Source: an uncultured Microthrixaceae bacterium
GTDB taxonomy: Bacteria > Actinomycetota > Acidimicrobiia > Acidimicrobiales > DATDAH01
Assembly: GCA_963701565.1 (NCBI GenBank)
Contig: CAVPAN010000010.1
Span: forward strand, 445,698 to 509,697
Direction of reading: 5' to 3'
Length of the DNA stretch: 64,000 nucleotides
Part shown: positions 61,117-64,000 of the stretch, one piece after another
Position numbering within the stretch: the first letter of the stretch is position 1
Layout of the letters: the number at the start of each line of letters is the position of its first letter
Notes under the pieces: generated by a model
What the model saw: the letters and a program-made list of their open reading frames with translations, nothing else
What the model was told of the DNA's origin: nothing
Databases searched by the model: none
Translations under genes and position numbers: made by a program

Positions 61117-63198
61117 GTGAGCTTCAAGACCGCCCTAGACGAGTTGGAGGGCGAGACAGGGGTCGCCCTGGCCCTGCGAGCGGCCGGGCGCCTGGCCGAC
61201 GCCGCGTCGCTCGAGGGCCCCTCGGTGGCGGATCCGCTGGCGGAAGCGGTGGCGGGCGGAGACCCGGTCCTGGCGATCGGAGCGCTCCACGCCCTCGCCG
61301 CGGTCGGTGGCCCGGCGGCGGACGGCGGGCTGACGACTGCCCTGGACGACGATCGGCCCTGGCTTCGGGAGCATGCCGCCTGGGCCCTGGCCGCCCGGGC
61401 CCCGCAGCCGCCCGCGTTCGGTCGGCTGGTCGCCTTGTTGGCCGCGTCGTCCGGGTTCACCGCAATGGTCGCCCAGCGAACGCTCCAGGGCTGGGCCCGC
61501 GCCGACCCGTCGATCGCGCCGGTGGTGGAGGCGGCGCTGGTGATGGCCGAGGCGGCCTCCGTCCGGCGGCGTTTGGTCGACACCCTCGGCGGCATGCCGG
61601 GGGAGCGGGTCACGGGACTCCTGCGCCGAGTGGCCAATGACCCCGCCGAGCATCTCGACACCCGGGTGGCCGCGATCGGGGCGCTGGGAGGTCGGCCCGG
61701 TCGGGGGGCGGCGGATGACCTGCGCGGCCTGGCCACCGGGGACTCAGCGCCGCTCGCCATTCAAGCGCTCCTGGCGCTCGAGGACGGTCGGGCCCAGCCC
61801 GGACCGCGGCCGGGGCAGCCTGGGCTTCGGGTAGCCCAGTTCAGCGTCGTCGGGGAGCTCGACGGGCAGCTGTCGCAGGGTGGTGCCGGTGACACCGGTG
61901 GGGTGGCGAGCCTGCTGGTTGCGCTCAGCGCCGAGCTGGCCGGACGGGCCGAGGTCGCTCACGTCCTCACCATCGGGAGGTCCTCACCGGCGGGTGAGCT
62001 GGCCGCGCTGGTGTCACCCGATGATCATCACCAGGGCTACGGCGCGGTCAGCTTCGGGGCGATCGGCGCGCCCCCATCTCTGGCCCACGAGTGGGAGTAC
62101 CGCCTCATGGTGGAGCGCGCCGTCCGGCGAGCGTTGCTGGCCCGGCCCCCCGTCGACCTGGTGCACCTGCGGATGGCCGACGTCGGCACGCTCGCGGCGT
62201 CGAGTGTGGCCCGACAGCTCGGCCTACCGACCGTGTTCACGTGCGCTGCCGATCCCCACGCCGCTCTGGCGGCCCGCCAACGGGCCGGCGGCATCGACCG
62301 TGACCGCTTCGGCGCAGCCGACCTCGACGAGCACCTCTGGTTCCGGGCGCGCATGGTTGAGCGCCTCGCCGCCACCGCCGACCACCTCGTCCTGTTCCCC
62401 CGACCGACCGCCAGCCGGGAGCTCACCGAACTCGTGGGCGTCCCCGCCGAGCGCCTCGCCGCCACCGCCACCGTGGTCCCCGAGGGCATCGACATCGGCG
62501 TGGTCGATGCGGCCCTGGCCGACGTGCGCGACCACGGTGCGACCCTGGCCGTGCTGTCGGACCTGGCCGACACCCTCCCCCGACACCGTCACGGTCTGCC
62601 CCTCGTGGTCTCGGTGGGCCGACTGCACCCGATCAAGGGGGTCGAGCGCCTGGTCGCCGCGTGGACCGGCGACCCGGTGCTCTCGGCGACCACGAACCTG
62701 GTGGTCGTGGGCGGTGATCTCGAACGCCCGAACCCAGCCGAGCGGTCGGTGCTCGACCGGATCCGCGTCTTGCTCACCGACGCCGGTGTAGCCGGGGACG
62801 GGGTGGCGCTGCTCGGCGCCCGGCCCCGCCGCCAGGCCGCCCAGGTCGTCGCTGCGGCCGCGGTCGGCGTGGGTGAGCTCACCCCGGGCGGAGGCGTCTA
62901 TGCCGACGGCGCCGCCAAGGAGGAGTTCGGCCTGGCCCTCCTCGAGGCGCTGGCCAGCGGGCTGCCGGTCGTCGCCCCTGCGGCGGGTGGACCGGCGACC
63001 TACGTCGACGACGGCGTCACCGGTGTCCTGGTCCCACCCGACGGCGACCTCGCCGCCGCCCTGCACCGCGCCCAGCGGCTCGATCGTTTGTCGGGCCGGG
63101 GCCGTCGCCGGGTGGAAGCGCTCTACACCGTGCAAGCGATGACCGACGCCCTGCTCCGCGCCTACACCGCCGTCCCGATCGCCGCGGAGACGACATGA
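61117..63198 (+). CDS. HEAT-repeat domain fused to a GT4 glycosyltransferase (sucrose-phosphate-synthase-like)
   Basis: The N-terminal ~230 aa contain repeated ...AL.AL..VGG..A...L...L.D....LREHAAWAL. Then come GGAGDTGGVASLLVALSAEL and the C-terminal GT-B motif EEFGLALLEALASGLPVVA. GTG 61117 lies 6 nt after TAAACT, so a leaderless transcript is plausible. Confidence 0.8.
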   Translation: MSFKTALDELEGETGVALALRAAGRLADAASLEGPSVADPLAEAVAGGDPVLAIGALHALAAVGGPAADGGLTTALDDDRPWLREHAAWALAARAPQPPAFGRLVALLAASSGFTAMVAQRTLQGWARADPSIAPVVEAALVMAEAASVRRRLVDTLGGMPGERVTGLLRRVANDPAEHLDTRVAAIGALGGRPGRGAADDLRGLATGDSAPLAIQALLALEDGRAQPGPRPGQPGLRVAQFSVVGELDGQLSQGGAGDTGGVASLLVALSAELAGRAEVAHVLTIGRSSPAGELAALVSPDDHHQGYGAVSFGAIGAPPSLAHEWEYRLMVERAVRRALLARPPVDLVHLRMADVGTLAASSVARQLGLPTVFTCAADPHAALAARQRAGGIDRDRFGAADLDEHLWFRARMVERLAATADHLVLFPRPTASRELTELVGVPAERLAATATVVPEGIDIGVVDAALADVRDHGATLAVLSDLADTLPRHRHGLPLVVSVGRLHPIKGVERLVAAWTGDPVLSATTNLVVVGGDLERPNPAERSVLDRIRVLLTDAGVAGDGVALLGARPRRQAAQVVAAAAVGVGELTPGGGVYADGAAKEEFGLALLEALASGLPVVAPAAGGPATYVDDGVTGVLVPPDGDLAAALHRAQRLDRLSGRGRRRVEALYTVQAMTDALLRAYTAVPIAAETT

Positions 63199-64000
63199 CC
63201 ACGTTGCTCGTCGCACCCGACTTCTACTCGCACTACCGACCGGTCGGTGTGCTCGGCCGGTCGCTCGCCGCCGCCGGCGAGCGGGTGGTCGTGGCCAGTG
63301 GGCCCACCATGGCGCCCTACGTGGTCGCCGACGGCCTCGACTGGGTCGAGGTGGCGCTGGGACCGGGGAGCAACGACGGCGTCGCTGCCGCCGACCGCCA
63401 CGACCGGGACGACGCCGAAGCGCTCGGCCAGTTCCTCGCCGCCACCCGGGCCGGGCTGGTCGCCACTCTCGACCACCAGGCGGTCAAGCGCCGCCACGAG
63501 CTCCTGTGGGAGCCGGTCGCCACCGGCAAGCGCCTCCTGCGCCTCCTCGACCACCTCGACCCCGACCACATCGTCGTCGACCAGGTCTCGTTGACCTCGA
63601 CCCTCAGCCTGGTGGCCAGCGGTCGCCCGTTTGTCACCTTCGTGCCCGGCCACCCGGCCCAGTTGCCGGTCGGCGACGAACTCTACGGCGACGCGCTCGC
63701 CTGGCCGGCGGCCTTCCGACCCGACCCGGCCGCCCTCGCCGACCTGCACGCCACCTGCCGCTCGGTCACCCGGGACGTCACCGACGCCTTCAACCAGGCC
63801 CTGGCCACGCTGGCGCCGAAGGTGCCGCCAGTCGACGACGCCTTTGCTGTCCACGGCGACCTCGTCGCCTACCGGTGGGAGACCGAGCTCCACGATCCGG
63901 ACCGGCGACCGCTCCTCCCCACCGCCCGCGTCGAGCTCGGCCCGCTCGTCGACCACGAGCCCCTGCCCGCGGAGCTGGTGGCCAGGCTCGACCAGTCTGG
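63195..64000 (+). CDS. GT1 family (MGT/UDP-glycosyltransferase-like) glycosyltransferase, 3' end outside the window
   Basis: Own translation from ATG 63195 (ATGA overlap with the upstream stop): MTTLLVAPDFYSHYRPVGVLGRSLAAAGERVVVASGPTMAPYVVADGLDWVEV... This is the typical GT1 N-terminal half. Confidence 0.65.
   Translation, partial: MTTLLVAPDFYSHYRPVGVLGRSLAAAGERVVVASGPTMAPYVVADGLDWVEVALGPGSNDGVAAADRHDRDDAEALGQFLAATRAGLVATLDHQAVKRRHELLWEPVATGKRLLRLLDHLDPDHIVVDQVSLTSTLSLVASGRPFVTFVPGHPAQLPVGDELYGDALAWPAAFRPDPAALADLHATCRSVTRDVTDAFNQALATLAPKVPPVDDAFAVHGDLVAYRWETELHDPDRRPLLPTARVELGPLVDHEPLPAELVARLDQS

Overview
Very GC-rich (about 70% by eye, not computed) actinobacterial-type chromosomal segment, judged from mycothiol-type MDMPI/DinB enzymes, a likely leaderless start and many ATGA/GTGA-coupled genes. 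I can support about 75 genes. Most of the very long ORFs in the six-frame track are GC-driven shadow ORFs antisense to or out of frame with real genes. All family calls come from motif recognition by eye; no search was run. The window looks like a decaying accessory region. It holds at least nine toxin-antitoxin loci, remnants of an IS21-type transposase and a serine recombinase, two circularly permuted copies of a nuclease+BrnTA module, and several short intergenic repeat families. More than ten genes carry frameshifts, in-frame stops or truncations. The stand-out is 4.17-12.94 kb. There a protein with a PqqD-like domain, an internal twin-arginine/hydrophobic segment and (PTPAPNPQ)n repeats sits among modification enzymes. 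These are an HprK-like kinase fused to two 2OG-Fe(II) prolyl-hydroxylase-type domains, and homologues of the three eukaryotic hydroxyproline O-glycosyltransferase families: GT60 Gnt1-like, GT95 HPAT-like and GT31-like. An O-fucosyltransferase-like enzyme and a sulfotransferase-like gene are also present. I read this as a candidate bacterial hydroxyproline-rich glycoprotein pathway, part of it intact and part decayed. Other notable items are an ArsM-like methyltransferase with an in-frame TGA at the conserved Cys position plus a hairpin 11 nt downstream (selenocysteine candidate or nonsense mutation), and a heliorhodopsin. There is also a membrane-anchored protein family built of HQQLIEHGSPTAVDQAA tandem repeats, a 3.9-kb segment bounded by 48-49 nt direct repeats, and an SDR gene apparently split by an inversion. 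No rRNA, complete tRNA or CRISPR array was recognised.
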